This document shows positions 62,995 through 64,000 of a DNA stretch of 64,000 nucleotides, piece after piece. The stretch's first letter is position 1; the number at the start of each line of letters is the position of its first letter. This stretch comes from Yuukianura sp. NJ FZ-2021 (taxonomy: Eukaryota): the NCBI GenBank assembly GCA_046563655.1, contig CM102286.1, forward strand, positions 1,736,001-1,800,000. Reading direction: 5' to 3'. The position numbers and the translations under genes were made by a program. The notes beneath the pieces were generated by a model, which saw only the letters and a list, made by a program, of their open reading frames with translations, ran no database searches and was not told the DNA's origin.

Positions 62995-63549
62995 CTATTT
63001 TCCGGAAGTATTCCTTTGGGTAACTCCAGTTGCGGTACTGCCCAATACTCCTGCTTGGTACTGGGTACTGCCCAATGCTGTTGTAGGATACTGCTGTCTC
63101 TTCGGAGGATCTAGGCCGTATGCCCTTGCAGGATTACCGTAGTTCCCTTGTAGAGGAAAGTGCTGTCCTCCATAAGCGTAGCTTCCAAACGTAGCGTAAC
63201 CAGTTCCAACACTCGGAGGTTCATCGGCCACCGTGACTTGTGGCTGGACAAGAACGTCTTTCTGAATTTGTTCAACTACAGGTTCATCTACAGTTGTAGT
63301 AGTCGTGGCTGTGATGTCGCCACCATAGACTCTATGTCTCCTCCGCGCTCTTTTGCATGACCAGATGACAGCAATAAGTATCATGACGACAACGAAGACT
63401 ATGGCAAAGCCCAGGATGGTCCAAGTGGCGCTGTCGGATGAGTTGGAAGTGTAGCTGGCTCTACCGGAACCACCTCCACTGAACGTACGCGTTTTATTCG
63501 TAGTATGCGTTTTATTCTTGGCTATACCTTTGGTACGTCTGTCCTCCAT
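62995..63549 (-). CDS. Intronless single-pass membrane protein, paralogue of 62069-62599 (~184 aa)
   Basis: ATG 63549 (MEDRRTKG); TM WTILGFAIVFVVVMILIAVIW then CKRARRRH; shares GG..TTTTT.V.E.V.E.I and P.VG.GY..FG..GGQ..YGN with its neighbour. Confidence 0.8.
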   Translation of the reverse strand: MEDRRTKGIAKNKTHTTNKTRTFSGGGSGRASYTSNSSDSATWTILGFAIVFVVVMILIAVIWSCKRARRRHRVYGGDITATTTTTVDEPVVEQIQKDVLVQPQVTVADEPPSVGTGYATFGSYAYGGQHFPLQGNYGNPARAYGLDPPKRQQYPTTALGSTQYQAGVLGSTATGVTQRNTSGK

Positions 63550-63605
63550 GTTGAAATATTTTCTAAACGAAAAGCCCACTTTTTCTGGCAATACTCACAA
63601 TTTGT

Positions 63606-63662
63606 AATATTTTCTTGCAATATTCGCAATTCGGAATATTTTCTTGCAATATTCGCAATTCG
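63606..63662. repeat. 29-bp tandem repeat x2 plus degenerate copies, upstream of the last gene
   Basis: aatattttcttgcaatattcgcaattcg occurs twice. Confidence 0.85.
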
Positions 63663-64000
63663 AAGTATTTTCGAGGAATATTTGTAATATTCTTGGATAT
63701 TCCTTTCAGCAGCTGAAGCGAAATAGAGTAAACCGCTAACTTTTTTTCTACTGGGAATTGAAATAACGTCGTTTTTGAAAGAAAAAATATCAAAATGTGA
63801 AATCTGGATTTGATGTTGATTTACGAAAAATGTGAAAAACTGATTTTGCGTAACTATACCACCGGAAATCTTGATGCTAAAAAATAGATTTTGAAAATTT
63901 TGAGTTCAAAATTACGATTATTTTTGGACTTTTTTTTTTATTGTTCCGTCGGAATCAGGTTTACAAAAATTTTGGTTATCCATTAAATTAGGAATAATTT

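Overview
Eukaryotic, AT-rich, intron-rich genomic DNA from an arthropod (gene content plus mostly 50-110 nt introns; a basal hexapod such as a springtail is plausible but is inference only). Manual splicing gives about 15 protein-coding genes in this order: singed wings 2-like LRR protein (-), SLU7 (+), rdgB-beta/PITPNC1 (-), GABA transaminase (-) head-to-head with an Eaat2-type SLC1 transporter (+), an intronless orphan multi-TM protein (+), a 117-aa Ser/Thr-rich orphan (+), a truncated ADAM10-like protease (-), a ~28-kb three-PDZ PTPN13/FRMPD2-like gene (-), a GPI-anchored Ly6/quiver-like protein only partly in the ORF track (-), a divergent PRMT1 paralogue (+), a BDH1-like SDR (-) and three small single-pass membrane proteins (-). 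Most notable signals: (i) seven ecdysone-response-type IR1 elements (AGGTCAnTGACCT-like) packed into ~240 bp of a fold-back in a PDZ-gene intron, plus isolated perfect IR1 and DR1 sites across the window; (ii) the near-invariant SLC1 NMDG motif reads NKDG; (iii) an anticodon-less tRNA-Leu relic, a perfect 48-bp palindrome and several MITE-like fold-backs; (iv) a tandem duplication of the PITP 5' leader and splice donor. Exon boundaries were read by eye and no database searches were run.
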